From Alphaproteobacteria bacterium (GTDB taxonomy: Bacteria; Pseudomonadota; Alphaproteobacteria; SP197), in assembly GCA_964291415.2 (NCBI GenBank), contig OZ219920.1, forward strand, positions 1,408,001 to 1,472,000: a stretch of 64,000 nt of DNA. The letters are read 5' to 3'. Position 1 is the first letter of the stretch; every line of letters starts with the position of its first letter. Shown piece after piece: positions 10,119 to 20,073 of this stretch. The notes below the pieces were generated by a model, which saw only the letters and a list, made by a program, of their open reading frames with translations, searched no databases and was not told the DNA's origin. The position numbers and the translations under genes are program-made.

Positions 10119-10844
10119 ATGCGTGTCTTGCAGTCGCTTTCACGGGGCCTCAGGACCCTCGACCTTCTCAGGGAGGCCGGCGAACCCTTGCGCCTGACGC
10201 ATATCGCCGACGAACTGGGTGTCCGCAAGTCAAACGCCTCCCATGTTCTCAAGACCCTCGTGGCGGCTGGCTGGGCCATCCAGGACAGTACACGCCGCTA
10301 TGCCCCGGCCGCCCGTTGCGGAGGACGACACACCCTGTCAGACGTTGTGGCCTGCAAGGAACGGTGCCGGCCCGCGCTCGAATCCCTGGTCGCCGCCACG
10401 GGTGAGTGCGCCCACCTTGCCGTCCTCGTAGAACACCGGGTCTGGTACGTCGACAAGGTGGAGTCCGCGTTGCCGCTGAAGGTCGATCATCCGATCGGAG
10501 CGCTCTCTCCGCTTCACTGCACGGCACTCGGCAAGGCTTTCCTCGCCTTCGGCAAGGCTGCCATTCCGCCCGTTCTGTCGAGATACACCGATCGCACGAT
10601 CGTCGAACGTCATCTTCTGGCGCGGGACGTAGCGGCGACGCGGGCCCGTGGCTTTGCCATCGACAACGAGGAGTTTGCTGAAGGCATCCGTTGTGTGGCC
10701 CGCCCCGTCTACGACATACGCGGCGACATGATCGCCGCTCTCGGGATTTCCGGACCATCGGTGCGGATTGATGACAGGCGCCTGGAGGAACTCGGCGCGC
10801 TCGTCAGAGCCACCGTCATCGTTCCCGAAGACAACGCGCCATGA
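10119..10844 (+). CDS. IclR family transcriptional regulator
   Basis: QSLSRGLRTL HTH start, LHCTALGKA, GFAIDNEEFAEGIRCVA, ISGP. Confidence 0.93.
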   Translation: MRVLQSLSRGLRTLDLLREAGEPLRLTHIADELGVRKSNASHVLKTLVAAGWAIQDSTRRYAPAARCGGRHTLSDVVACKERCRPALESLVAATGECAHLAVLVEHRVWYVDKVESALPLKVDHPIGALSPLHCTALGKAFLAFGKAAIPPVLSRYTDRTIVERHLLARDVAATRARGFAIDNEEFAEGIRCVARPVYDIRGDMIAALGISGPSVRIDDRRLEELGALVRATVIVPEDNAP

Positions 10845-11917
10845 TCAGGACACCGGTGCGAATCGGATTCATCGGCACGGGCCGGATTTCCGATCTTCAT
10901 GCGGCCGGATACCGGGGCAATGCGGCGGCCCGCATCACCGCGCTGTGCGACACGAATGTGGAGCGGGCGCGGTCGAGAGCGCGTGCCTGGGGTCTCGATG
11001 ACGTGGTGGTGACGGACGATCCCGGCGTCCTTCTCTCTCGCAGCGATGTGGATCTCGTCGAGATTCTTCTGCCTCACCATCTTCATTGTCCGCTGGCGCT
11101 CGCGGCAATCGAAGCCGGCAAGATCGTCTCGCTCCAGAAACCCATGTGCCTCACCGTGGAGGAGGCCGACCGTCTGGTTGAGGCAGCCGAGGCGCACGAT
11201 CGCCCGTTCCGGGTGTTCGAGAACATCCTGTTCGATCGGCCGGTCATGGTCGCCGACGCCCTTGTCGGTGACGGCGCCATTGGCAGGCCGTTGGCGATCC
11301 GCATGAAGTCGAATCCAGGCAAGAGCAAGGGCGCCTGGGAGGTTCCTCCGGAGGCCACGGCCTGGCGGCAAAGTCGGGACCTTTCCGGAGGCGGTCCGCT
11401 CATCTTCGATGACGGGCATCACAAGTTTTCTCTGGCATGGCATTTCATGGGGGAGCCTGAAGAGATCCATGCGTTCATCGGCCGGACCAGACACAGGGAC
11501 GGCAGCCAACTGGATGCCCCGGCAGTCGTTTCCCTGCGCTTTGATGAACAGCGCATCGGCAGTTTCGAGGTCGTCTACTCTCCCGACCTTGAGATCGAAA
11601 CGCGCCAGTATCCCCAGGACGACCGGATCGAGATCACCGGAACCAGCGGCGTCATCTGGATCAACAGGGGGCACGGGAACATCGGCAACCAGCCATCGGT
11701 GCAATGTTTCAGGAATGGGGAGCTGGACTCCTGCCACGAAGCCGGCTCGCAATGGGAAGACAGCTTCGTCCGCGCCACCCGGCATTTCCTGAGTTGCCTG
11801 CAGGAAGGCGACGCACCGGTCCTCACCGCCCGGAACGCCAGAAGCATCCTGCGATTCGCCCTTGCCGCAGAAGAGTCGGCGCGCACCGGCCGTGTCGTGC
11901 GTTACACGGAAACCTGA
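10841..11917 (+). CDS. Gfo/Idh/MocA family oxidoreductase
   Basis: GFIGTGRIS, PHHLH, QKP (EKP variant), GGG..FDDGHH. Confidence 0.9.
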   Translation: MIRTPVRIGFIGTGRISDLHAAGYRGNAAARITALCDTNVERARSRARAWGLDDVVVTDDPGVLLSRSDVDLVEILLPHHLHCPLALAAIEAGKIVSLQKPMCLTVEEADRLVEAAEAHDRPFRVFENILFDRPVMVADALVGDGAIGRPLAIRMKSNPGKSKGAWEVPPEATAWRQSRDLSGGGPLIFDDGHHKFSLAWHFMGEPEEIHAFIGRTRHRDGSQLDAPAVVSLRFDEQRIGSFEVVYSPDLEIETRQYPQDDRIEITGTSGVIWINRGHGNIGNQPSVQCFRNGELDSCHEAGSQWEDSFVRATRHFLSCLQEGDAPVLTARNARSILRFALAAEESARTGRVVRYTET

Positions 11918-11918
11918 C

Positions 11919-13778
11919 ATGGTCCCCGACACCAGGAGCGGGCGCGCGGCGTGGCTGGCGTCCCTTGGCGGACTGGAGGAGGCCATCGGAGCCGGCCACC
12001 TCTCGCAGCCCGTGACCCTGCCGCTCACCGAAGCGCTTGTTCTGGGGCTGATGCGGCAGGGCGTCACCAAGTATCTGATGATCCTCGGTCATGGTTCGAC
12101 GGAACTCGCGGAGACACTCAGGGTCTATGAAGAGGCCGGGCTGGTCCGCGGATACCAGTTCCGCAACGAGGTCGAAATGGCCCATGCGGGCACGGCGCTG
12201 CGCTGGGTCTACGGTGAGACTGCCGCCGTGGTAACGTCGATCGGTCCGGGCGCCTTCCAGGCAATGGCCGGGTCCCTCGCCGCCGTATCCAATGGCGTCG
12301 GCCTCTACCACATCTATGGTGACGAAACGACCCGTGGTGAAGGCTACAACATGCAACAGGTGCCGAAACCCGAACAGGGTCTCTTCGGGCGCATCACGGC
12401 ACTGATGGGCGCTTCCTACACGCTGCACACGCCGGGCGCACTGCGCGATGCGCTGCGGCGGGGCGCCGCAACGGTCTTTCACCCCTGGAAGGCCGGACCG
12501 TTCTACCTCAACCTGCCACTCAACACGCAGCCTGCCACGGTGGCCGTGCGTCCCGACGCTCTGCCAAGGCGGCCCCGGGTCGTGCCCCAGGCGCCCGCCG
12601 ACGGCACTCTCATCGAGGAAGCGGCGGGCATGATCAGAGACGCCAGGTGTGTTGCCATCAAGGCCGGTGGCGGCACCCGCGGCGCCAGCGACGCACTCCG
12701 GCGCCTCGCCGAGGCGGCCGGAGCGGCAGTCGTCCTTTCCCCGGGCTCGACGGGAGTCATGCCGGAGAGTCACCCGCTCAACATGCATGTCGGGGGCTCC
12801 AAGGGATCGATCAGCGGCAACTTCGCCATGGCGAACGCGGACCTCGCGATCTTTGTCGCAAGCCGCGCCGTCTGCCAGAGCGACTGTTCCGGCATCGGCT
12901 GGCCCGGGGTTCGCCGGGTCATCAACATCAACGCCGATCCCGTCGACGTTCTCCACTACAACAACACCCTGGCCCTTCCGGGAGATGCCGCAACGGTGAT
13001 GGACCGGCTGGCCGAACGTCTCGGGCCCGGGCCGGATGAGTCCGCGTGGCTGACCGCCTGTGCGGAAAGGAAGGCCGAGTGGCGGACATACAGGGAGGAA
13101 CGCTTTAAATGCGGGCCACTCCTGGACAGCGCCTGGAAGCAGCCCGTTCTCACCCAGCCGCAGGCCATCCGAATCGCTGACCGGTTCGCCCGACACATCG
13201 ATGCCATCAAATTCTTCGATGCCGGCGACGTGCAGGCAAACGGCTTCCAGATCGTCGAGGACGAGAAGGTAGGCGAGAGTTACACGGAGTCGGGTTCGTC
13301 ATACATGGGATTCGCCGTTTCCGCACTGCTCGCCGGAGGGCTTGCCGATCAGGGACGCTACGCCATCGCCTTCACCGGCGACGGATCCTTCATGATGAAT
13401 CCCCAGATCCTCGTCGATGGTGTCGAGCATGGCGTCCACGGCACCATCCTGATTCTCGACAACCGCCGCATGGGCGCCATCAGCCAGTTGCAGGAGGCCC
13501 AGTACGGCAAGGACTACCGCACTGCTGACGACGTCATCGTGGACCATGTCGGCCTTGCGACCGCAATCGGCGGCGTGAAGGCCCTTCATGGCGGCCGGAA
13601 CGCCGAGAGTCTCCGGAACGCACTTCATGAGGCTCATGCCTGGCCCGGGCTCAGCGTCGTCCACGTTCCCGTCTACTATGGCAGCAATCCCCTCGGTGGC
13701 CTTGGAGCATGGGGTGCGTGGAACGTGGGCAACTGGTGTGACGACGTCGAGAAAGCCTGGACCGGCACCCTGATCTGA
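11919..13778 (+). CDS. Thiamine diphosphate-dependent enzyme, IolD-like acylhydrolase
   Basis: ILGHGS, RNEVEMAHA, TSIGPGA and TPP motif GDGSFMM...LDN resemble IolD. Confidence 0.8.
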   Translation: MVPDTRSGRAAWLASLGGLEEAIGAGHLSQPVTLPLTEALVLGLMRQGVTKYLMILGHGSTELAETLRVYEEAGLVRGYQFRNEVEMAHAGTALRWVYGETAAVVTSIGPGAFQAMAGSLAAVSNGVGLYHIYGDETTRGEGYNMQQVPKPEQGLFGRITALMGASYTLHTPGALRDALRRGAATVFHPWKAGPFYLNLPLNTQPATVAVRPDALPRRPRVVPQAPADGTLIEEAAGMIRDARCVAIKAGGGTRGASDALRRLAEAAGAAVVLSPGSTGVMPESHPLNMHVGGSKGSISGNFAMANADLAIFVASRAVCQSDCSGIGWPGVRRVININADPVDVLHYNNTLALPGDAATVMDRLAERLGPGPDESAWLTACAERKAEWRTYREERFKCGPLLDSAWKQPVLTQPQAIRIADRFARHIDAIKFFDAGDVQANGFQIVEDEKVGESYTESGSSYMGFAVSALLAGGLADQGRYAIAFTGDGSFMMNPQILVDGVEHGVHGTILILDNRRMGAISQLQEAQYGKDYRTADDVIVDHVGLATAIGGVKALHGGRNAESLRNALHEAHAWPGLSVVHVPVYYGSNPLGGLGAWGAWNVGNWCDDVEKAWTGTLI

Positions 13779-13780
13779 CG

Positions 13781-15511
13781 ATGAAGGGCAAGGCGAGAGG
13801 ACTGGACGGCGGGCTTACCGACTACGGCGACCGGGAGTTTGCGCGGTTTCTGCGCCGCTCCTTCGCCCGGTCTGCGGGCCTCACCAGCCGATCTCTGGAC
13901 CGTCCGGTCGTCGGTGTCTGTCACACCGAAAGCGGCTTCAACCCCTGCCACAGGCATTTTGGCGACATGGTCGAAGCCGTCGCCAGAGGCGTGACCGCCG
14001 CCGGTGGCCTGCCGGTGCCGTTCCCCGTGATCTCCCTTGGGGAGGCGTTCCTCTATCCCACCTCGATGGTCTACCGCAATCTGATGGCCATGGCCGTGGA
14101 AGAGATGATTCGCGCCCAGCCGATGGACAGTGTCGTTCTCCTGGGAGGGTGCGACAAGACCGTCCCGGCACTCCTGATGGGCGCTGCATCGGCTGACAAG
14201 CCCGCCGCCCTGGTGGTGGCCGGCCCGATGATGACCGGACGCCACAGGGGCGAACGCCTGGGCGCCTGCACCGACTGCCGGCGTTTCTGGGCACGGTATC
14301 GTGCCGGCAGGATCGAGCGCGAAGAGATCGAACAGGTTGAGGGCCGGCTTGCGGTGACCACGGGAACCTGCGCGGTCATGGGAACTGCGTCGAGCATGGC
14401 ACTTGCTGCGGAGACCCTTGGGTTCATGCTTCCGGGGACGGCGGCGATACCCGCGGTTCACGCCGATCGTCTTCGGGCCGCGGAAGAGACGGGTGCGGTT
14501 GCCGTGACCATGGCGACTGAAGGCGGTCCCACTCCCTCCACGCTCATCACGCCCCAGTCGGTCGACAATGCCTTCCAGGTCCTGCTTGCTGTCTCCGGCT
14601 CAACGAATGCCGTCGTCCACCTTGCCGCCATCGCCGGGCGTGCCGGTATCGACTTCGATCCCGGCCGTTTCAATGACCTGGCGCGCGCGACGCCCGTCAT
14701 CGTCGACCTCAAACCCGTCGGCGAGGGCTACATGGAGGACTTCCATGCCGCCGGAGGCCTGGACGGCGTGCTGCGCGGGATTGCAGATGGTCTCGAGGGA
14801 GGCTGCATCGATCTCACGGGACGCACGCTCGCCTCGCGGCTCGAGGATCCCCTCGCGGACCCGATCGACCACCGTGTCATCCGCAAGGCCGACGATCCCG
14901 TGGATCACCAGGGAGGACTGGTCATTCTTCATGGATCCCTGGCGCCCGACGGCGCCCTTCTCAAGCGGGCGGCCGCGACACCCCGTCTTCTCGAGAGCGA
15001 AGGCCGAGCGGTGGTCTTTTCTTCCCTCGAGGATCTCGCGGCGAGAATAGACAATCCCGATCTCGATGTCCGCGCGGACGATGTTCTCGTCCTGCAGAAC
15101 GCAGGACCCGCAAGTCCTTCGGGCATGCCTGAAGCCGGCTATCTTCCCATTCCGCGAAAACTCGCCGCCGAGGGTGTCACCGACATGGTGCGCATCTCGG
15201 ATGCCCGGATGTCGGGCACGGCCTTCGGGACCATCGTTCTTCACGTGTCACCTGAATCCCATCTCGGAGGCCCTCTGGCCCTGGTGAAGAACGGCGACCG
15301 GATCCGGCTTTCCGTCTCGTCCTGCGCCATCGAACTCCTGGTCAGCGACGACGAACTGGAACGCCGGCGACGCGCCTGGAGGAAGCCCGGCGTCACCCAC
15401 CGGCGCGGGTACCGCTCGCTTCATGCGGCAAGTGTGTTGCCCTGGACAAAGGGGTGCGACCTCGATTTCCTGAGGCCCGTGACGAACGGCACCGCGAAGG
15501 CACGCGACTGA
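13781..15511 (+). CDS. IlvD/Edd family dehydratase
   Basis: FNPCH, GGCDKTVP, GTCAVMGTAS, SGSTNA, GMPEAG, RISDARMSGT. Confidence 0.93.
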   Translation: MKGKARGLDGGLTDYGDREFARFLRRSFARSAGLTSRSLDRPVVGVCHTESGFNPCHRHFGDMVEAVARGVTAAGGLPVPFPVISLGEAFLYPTSMVYRNLMAMAVEEMIRAQPMDSVVLLGGCDKTVPALLMGAASADKPAALVVAGPMMTGRHRGERLGACTDCRRFWARYRAGRIEREEIEQVEGRLAVTTGTCAVMGTASSMALAAETLGFMLPGTAAIPAVHADRLRAAEETGAVAVTMATEGGPTPSTLITPQSVDNAFQVLLAVSGSTNAVVHLAAIAGRAGIDFDPGRFNDLARATPVIVDLKPVGEGYMEDFHAAGGLDGVLRGIADGLEGGCIDLTGRTLASRLEDPLADPIDHRVIRKADDPVDHQGGLVILHGSLAPDGALLKRAAATPRLLESEGRAVVFSSLEDLAARIDNPDLDVRADDVLVLQNAGPASPSGMPEAGYLPIPRKLAAEGVTDMVRISDARMSGTAFGTIVLHVSPESHLGGPLALVKNGDRIRLSVSSCAIELLVSDDELERRRRAWRKPGVTHRRGYRSLHAASVLPWTKGCDLDFLRPVTNGTAKARD

Positions 15512-15577
15512 TGGCGCCACACCGCCAGGATACACCGTCCCGCAGGCCTGGAACAATTGCCAGGACGACAATGCGCC

Positions 15578-17284
15578 ATGACTGACGGGCGGGAGTACGA
15601 CTATGTCATCATGGGCGCGGGAAGCGCCGGATGCACACTGGCAGCCCGACTGACGGAGGACCCTTCAATCCGGGTTCTTCTTCTCGAAGCCGGTCCGGCG
15701 CGGGGTACGCCCTTCAATCACTGGCGTGTAGGAATGCCCGCTGCGTTCGGCAGCACCTGGCAGAATCCACGGTTCAACTGGATGTTCGAGGGCGAGGCGG
15801 AAGCGCAACTCAACAACCGTTCCATCATCCAGCCAAGGGGCCGGGTGCTGGGCGGGTCATCCTCCATCAACGGCATGTGCTTCATCCGCGGCCACGCCCT
15901 CGATTTCGAGCGCTGGGTCGAGGAAGGCGCCACAGGCTGGTCGTGGCGCGAGGTCCTGCCCTACTTCAAGCGCCTTGAAACCTGGCAGGGTGGCGAGAAC
16001 CGCTGGCGCGGCGGTTCCGGGCCGGTGCACGTCATCAAGGGCACCTGGCCCAGCGATCTCTATCGGGCCTTCATCGAGGCGGGAATCGAGGCAGGCTACC
16101 CATTCTCGGAGGACATCAACGGCGAGCTCCAGGAGGGTTTTGCCGCCTTCCAGATGAATGTCCGCGACGGTGTCCGCGCGTCGACCGCCGAGGCCTACAT
16201 CCGCCCCAACCGGCATCGCCCCAATCTCGCCATCGAGACCGGCGCCCTGGCCATCGCCATCACGATCGAGGGCAATCGCGCCTCGGGCATCACCCTGCGC
16301 AGGAAAGGCGGCGCCAGCGACACCGTCCGGGCCGCTCGGGAAGTCATCCTTGCGGGCGGCGCGGTCGGCTCTCCCCACCTGCTCAAGCTCTCGGGCATCG
16401 GACCGGCAGACGAACTGCGCCACCATGGCATCGATGTCAGGGTCGATCTTCCAGGTGTCGGGGAGAACCTTCAGGATCATCCGATCATCTACATGAAATG
16501 CCGGGTCGACCAACCCGTCTCCATGAGCCGCTACATGAAGCCGCACATGATGGCCTATACCGGTCTTCGATGGCTGGCGACGCACACCGGGCCCGGCGCC
16601 ACCAACAATGTCGAGACCTGTGCGTGGCTCCGTACCGAGCCCTCGCTCTCCCACCCCGACATGCTCATCCAGTTCCTGCCCGTTCTTCTCACCCACGAGG
16701 GAGAGGTCCTGCCCGGGAGCCATGGTTTCACCTATTGCCTGGGCCCGACGCGTGTCGACGGCCGCGGCTGGGTCCGGCTGCGCAGCGCCAACCCGGACGA
16801 TCCTCCCCGCATCGCCTCGAACTTCCTTTCGACGGACGCGGACCTCGAGCGCATGAAGCGCTCCCTCGACATCAGCCGTGACATTGTCTCCCGTCCGGCG
16901 CATCAGGCCCATGGTCCGCAGGAAGTCGATCCCGGCCCGGATGTCCGTTCCCATGGCGACATCGAGGCCTATCTGCGCGACAACGTGGCCGGCGACTTCC
17001 ACCTGGCGGGAACCTGCCGGATGGGCCGCGACTCCAGGGCCGTGGTCGACCCGGCACTGAAGGTTCACGGCATCGAGGGCTTGCGCGTGGTCGATGCCTC
17101 GGTCATGCCGAGCATCGTCAACGCCAACACCAATGCCACCTCCATCATGATCGGGGAAAAGGCGGCCGACATGATTCTCGGACGCGCACCGCTGCCACCG
17201 TCCGACGTCCCCCTTCCCGGGACGACTGCCGCAGACAGGGATGTGAGCACGCCTTCTCTTGACCTGCCCCTTCATTGGGAGTGA
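15578..17284 (+). CDS. GMC family oxidoreductase (choline dehydrogenase-like)
   Basis: GAGSAG, RGRVLGGSSSINGM, GVGENLQDH, LRVVDASVMP, NTNA. Confidence 0.92.
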   Translation: MTDGREYDYVIMGAGSAGCTLAARLTEDPSIRVLLLEAGPARGTPFNHWRVGMPAAFGSTWQNPRFNWMFEGEAEAQLNNRSIIQPRGRVLGGSSSINGMCFIRGHALDFERWVEEGATGWSWREVLPYFKRLETWQGGENRWRGGSGPVHVIKGTWPSDLYRAFIEAGIEAGYPFSEDINGELQEGFAAFQMNVRDGVRASTAEAYIRPNRHRPNLAIETGALAIAITIEGNRASGITLRRKGGASDTVRAAREVILAGGAVGSPHLLKLSGIGPADELRHHGIDVRVDLPGVGENLQDHPIIYMKCRVDQPVSMSRYMKPHMMAYTGLRWLATHTGPGATNNVETCAWLRTEPSLSHPDMLIQFLPVLLTHEGEVLPGSHGFTYCLGPTRVDGRGWVRLRSANPDDPPRIASNFLSTDADLERMKRSLDISRDIVSRPAHQAHGPQEVDPGPDVRSHGDIEAYLRDNVAGDFHLAGTCRMGRDSRAVVDPALKVHGIEGLRVVDASVMPSIVNANTNATSIMIGEKAADMILGRAPLPPSDVPLPGTTAADRDVSTPSLDLPLHWE

Positions 17285-17433
17285 CCCACTCCCGATCAAC
17301 CGCCGTCACGCCCCTGGCGATGGGCACGTGCAGGCCGTTTTCCGGTAATCGGAACTCCTGAGTGGCTTCATCATGCGCGTCCCGCTGTGGTCGCATCGCA
17401 CCTGCGAGTTCCGACAACGGAGCGTACACAGCC

Positions 17434-17463
17434 TTGACATGACCGAGGGCCCTTCCCTAGTGT
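17434..17463 (+). promoter_or_regulatory. Candidate sigma70 promoter of rpmG
   Basis: TTGACA-N18-TAGTGT, about 30 bp before the ATG. Confidence 0.4.
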
Positions 17464-17492
17464 CCGGCTCGACTTGCCGGAGCGGGTGAACC

Positions 17493-17660
17493 ATGGCCAA
17501 GCCGACCACCATTCTCGTGAAACTCGAGAGCACAGCCGACACGGGATACTATTACGTGACCAAGAAGAACCCGCGCACGCAGACGGAGAAGCTCTCCTTC
17601 CGCAAGTACGACCCGGTGGCGCGCAAGCACGTGGTGTTCAAGGAAGCCAGGCTGAAATAG
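17493..17660 (+). CDS. rpmG: 50S ribosomal protein L33 (cysteine-free form; absent from the ORF track)
   Basis: Manual translation: [55 protein letters not shown]. Confidence 0.97.
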   Translation: MAKPTTILVKLESTADTGYYYVTKKNPRTQTEKLSFRKYDPVARKHVVFKEARLK

Positions 17661-17675
17661 ACCCGGTTCCACTTC

Positions 17676-18332
17676 TTGCCGCAGATACCAGATGAGCTGA
17701 ACGCTCTCGGCATCGATTCCAGCCGACCCCTTCTCATCAGTGACGCCGACGAAGTGCTCTTCGCCTTCATGGAAGGTTTCGAGCGTTTCCTGAACGGCCG
17801 CGATCTGAGCTTCTCTTGGGCGTCCTTCCGGCTCAACGGCAACATCATCGACGATCGCACGGGCGAGGCGGTGGAGACGTCGGCTGTCAGGTCGCTCATC
17901 TATTCCTTTTTCGAAAACCACACCCGGTCGATTGCCGCCGTCGACGGGGCGGCGGAAACCCTGCAGCATCTGGGCCGCCATCTGCAGATCGTTGTTCTCA
18001 GCAATATCTGGCCCGAATTCCGCGAAGCGCGGGCTCATGCCCTCAAGAGCCAGGGCATGCCCTACCCCGTCATCGCCAACCGCGGCTCCAAGGCGCCGGC
18101 TGTCGCACATCTGGCCTCGCAGACACGCGGGCCCGTCTTCTTTGTCGATGACATTCCCGAGCATCACCGGGACGTCGCCAGCCTCGCCGGGGATGTCATC
18201 CGCATCCACTACGTGGCCAACCGGCGGTTGGCGGACCTCCTTGGACCCGCGACGAACTGTCATCACCATGCCCGCGACTGGCCCGGCATCCGCTCCTACA
18301 TCGAGGGCTGTCTCGGCGTGAGTGCTTCGTGA
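17676..18332 (+). CDS. HAD-like hydrolase fold conserved protein
   Basis: ISDADEVL (DxD), VLSN, FFVDD motifs. Start uncertain. Confidence 0.65.
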   Translation: MPQIPDELNALGIDSSRPLLISDADEVLFAFMEGFERFLNGRDLSFSWASFRLNGNIIDDRTGEAVETSAVRSLIYSFFENHTRSIAAVDGAAETLQHLGRHLQIVVLSNIWPEFREARAHALKSQGMPYPVIANRGSKAPAVAHLASQTRGPVFFVDDIPEHHRDVASLAGDVIRIHYVANRRLADLLGPATNCHHHARDWPGIRSYIEGCLGVSAS

Positions 18333-18423
18333 TTCTTCCACTGTCCCTGGCGGTGTAGACGGAGAAAGCGGTGACCGCGTGCCTGTCACATGGAGACGAT
18401 GATGGCGGCGGGCCGGCGTCACC

Positions 18424-19155
18424 GTGACTGTGCTCTATGACACGATTGGCGTTGGCTATCGCCACCTGCGCCGCACGGATCCGAGAATCGCCTCGTCCAT
18501 CCATGCCCATCTTGGCGAGTCACACACCGTTGTGAATGTGGGTGCGGGCACCGGCTCCTATGAACCGTCTGACCTCGTGGTGACTGCGGTGGAGCCGTCC
18601 GCTGCCATGATCCGGCAACGGCCGCATGACGCCGCGGCGGTCGTTCAGGCCCGTGCCGAAGACCTGCCGTTCGGGGACGGGGCTTTCGATGCCTCGATGG
18701 CCATCCTCTCCGTTCACCACTGGGACGACGCCCGCGGCGGGTTGCGGGAAATGCGACGGGTGACGCGCGGCAAGATCGTCGTCCTGACCTTCGATCCCCT
18801 GATGTCGAACTTCTGGCTGCTCGACTACCTGCCATCCCTGGCAAGCCTGGACAGTCAGCAAATGCCTGCCATGGACGACTTCGAGGCCGCGTTCGGTCCG
18901 GTCGAACGGATCGCCGTTCCCATTCCCCATGACTGCATCGACGGTATGCTCTGCGCCTACTGGCGCCGGCCGGCCGCCTATCTCGACCCGGACGTTCGCC
19001 GCTCGATCTCGTCATTCTGGAAGATCGGGGACATTACCGAACCGCTGCTGCGGCTGGAAAGCGATCTGCGGAGCGGTGCGTGGGAACGCCGATACTCCCG
19101 GATTCTACGCAGGGAATCCCTTGACTTCGGCTATCATCTTGTCGTGACGCGGTAA
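18424..19155 (+). CDS. Class I SAM-dependent methyltransferase
   Basis: NVGAGTGSY, AVEPS, AEDLPF, SVHHW. Confidence 0.9.
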   Translation: MTVLYDTIGVGYRHLRRTDPRIASSIHAHLGESHTVVNVGAGTGSYEPSDLVVTAVEPSAAMIRQRPHDAAAVVQARAEDLPFGDGAFDASMAILSVHHWDDARGGLREMRRVTRGKIVVLTFDPLMSNFWLLDYLPSLASLDSQQMPAMDDFEAAFGPVERIAVPIPHDCIDGMLCAYWRRPAAYLDPDVRRSISSFWKIGDITEPLLRLESDLRSGAWERRYSRILRRESLDFGYHLVVTR

Positions 19156-19256
19156 CACCTGTCGGGGATCCGCCAGGGGCGCAACGGTCCGGCAGCCCCC
19201 TCCACAATGGTGATTTCCGTCACCAATCGACGGTCCAGAGGATTCCCGTCTTGCGA

Positions 19257-20024
19257 TCAGCAGTCGCCGGCGGGGAGTTCGGTCAACTCGCGGAGCGTCA
19301 GGGTGGTGATCGTCGTGTCGTCCTCGTAGCGGATGGTGTCGATCACGCCATCATCACGAACACTGGCCGTCACCTCCATTTCCGGTCCGATGTGTTCCGG
19401 GTCCGTGAAGATCGAGACCTTCACGGTCCAGATCATGTGGCCATCTCTCTCTTCGACCGACTGCACGAAGGTCGTGTACTCGCTCGCCGCGGCTCCATCC
19501 ATTCCATCGAAGACGACGTGGTTCATGAACCTCTCGCCTGTTGCGGCACGCTCGAGAACATCGATGGTGAAGCGCATCGGAAACACGGTGCCAACGGGCA
19601 GGTCTCCGATGAACGATTCTGGTTCGTCGACCACGATCCGCCCCGTCTTGTCCGCTTCATCCACCACCGCCTCGCCCGAGGAGAGTTCTGCTCCGCCCGG
19701 TCCATCGAATTCGTTCTGATAGCGGTACCACGACCCGTCCTTGGCTTCGAAACTCACCTGGCTGCTGGCAAATTCGGGCGCATCATCTCCACTTCCGATG
19801 CGGATGAGCGAGACCTCGTTGAAGAGCCAGGTTTCGCAGTGATCCTCCGTTCTCCACTCGACGAATCCCTCCCCTGACCTGATCGCCGGATCACCTCGCA
19901 GAATCTGCACACTGGCATGGTAGGAAGCCCGATGGGACAGCATGTCGAGCGCCTGTACCCCACCCGCCGTCCAGACCAGCAGCAGCATGGCGATGAATGT
20001 TTTGCGATTGGCCCGGGATTTCAT
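19257..20024 (-). CDS. EipB/DUF1849-like periplasmic envelope protein
   Basis: Signal peptide then LSHRASY, FEAKDGSWYRY, LPVGTVFP, VVFDG, and a Cys pair including a terminal Cys. Confidence 0.7.
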   Translation of the reverse strand: MKSRANRKTFIAMLLLVWTAGGVQALDMLSHRASYHASVQILRGDPAIRSGEGFVEWRTEDHCETWLFNEVSLIRIGSGDDAPEFASSQVSFEAKDGSWYRYQNEFDGPGGAELSSGEAVVDEADKTGRIVVDEPESFIGDLPVGTVFPMRFTIDVLERAATGERFMNHVVFDGMDGAAASEYTTFVQSVEERDGHMIWTVKVSIFTDPEHIGPEMEVTASVRDDGVIDTIRYEDDTTITTLTLRELTELPAGDC

Positions 20025-20073
20025 TATGGACGTGTCGTTCGGCCTCCAACGTATTTGAAAGTCAGGAGCAACC

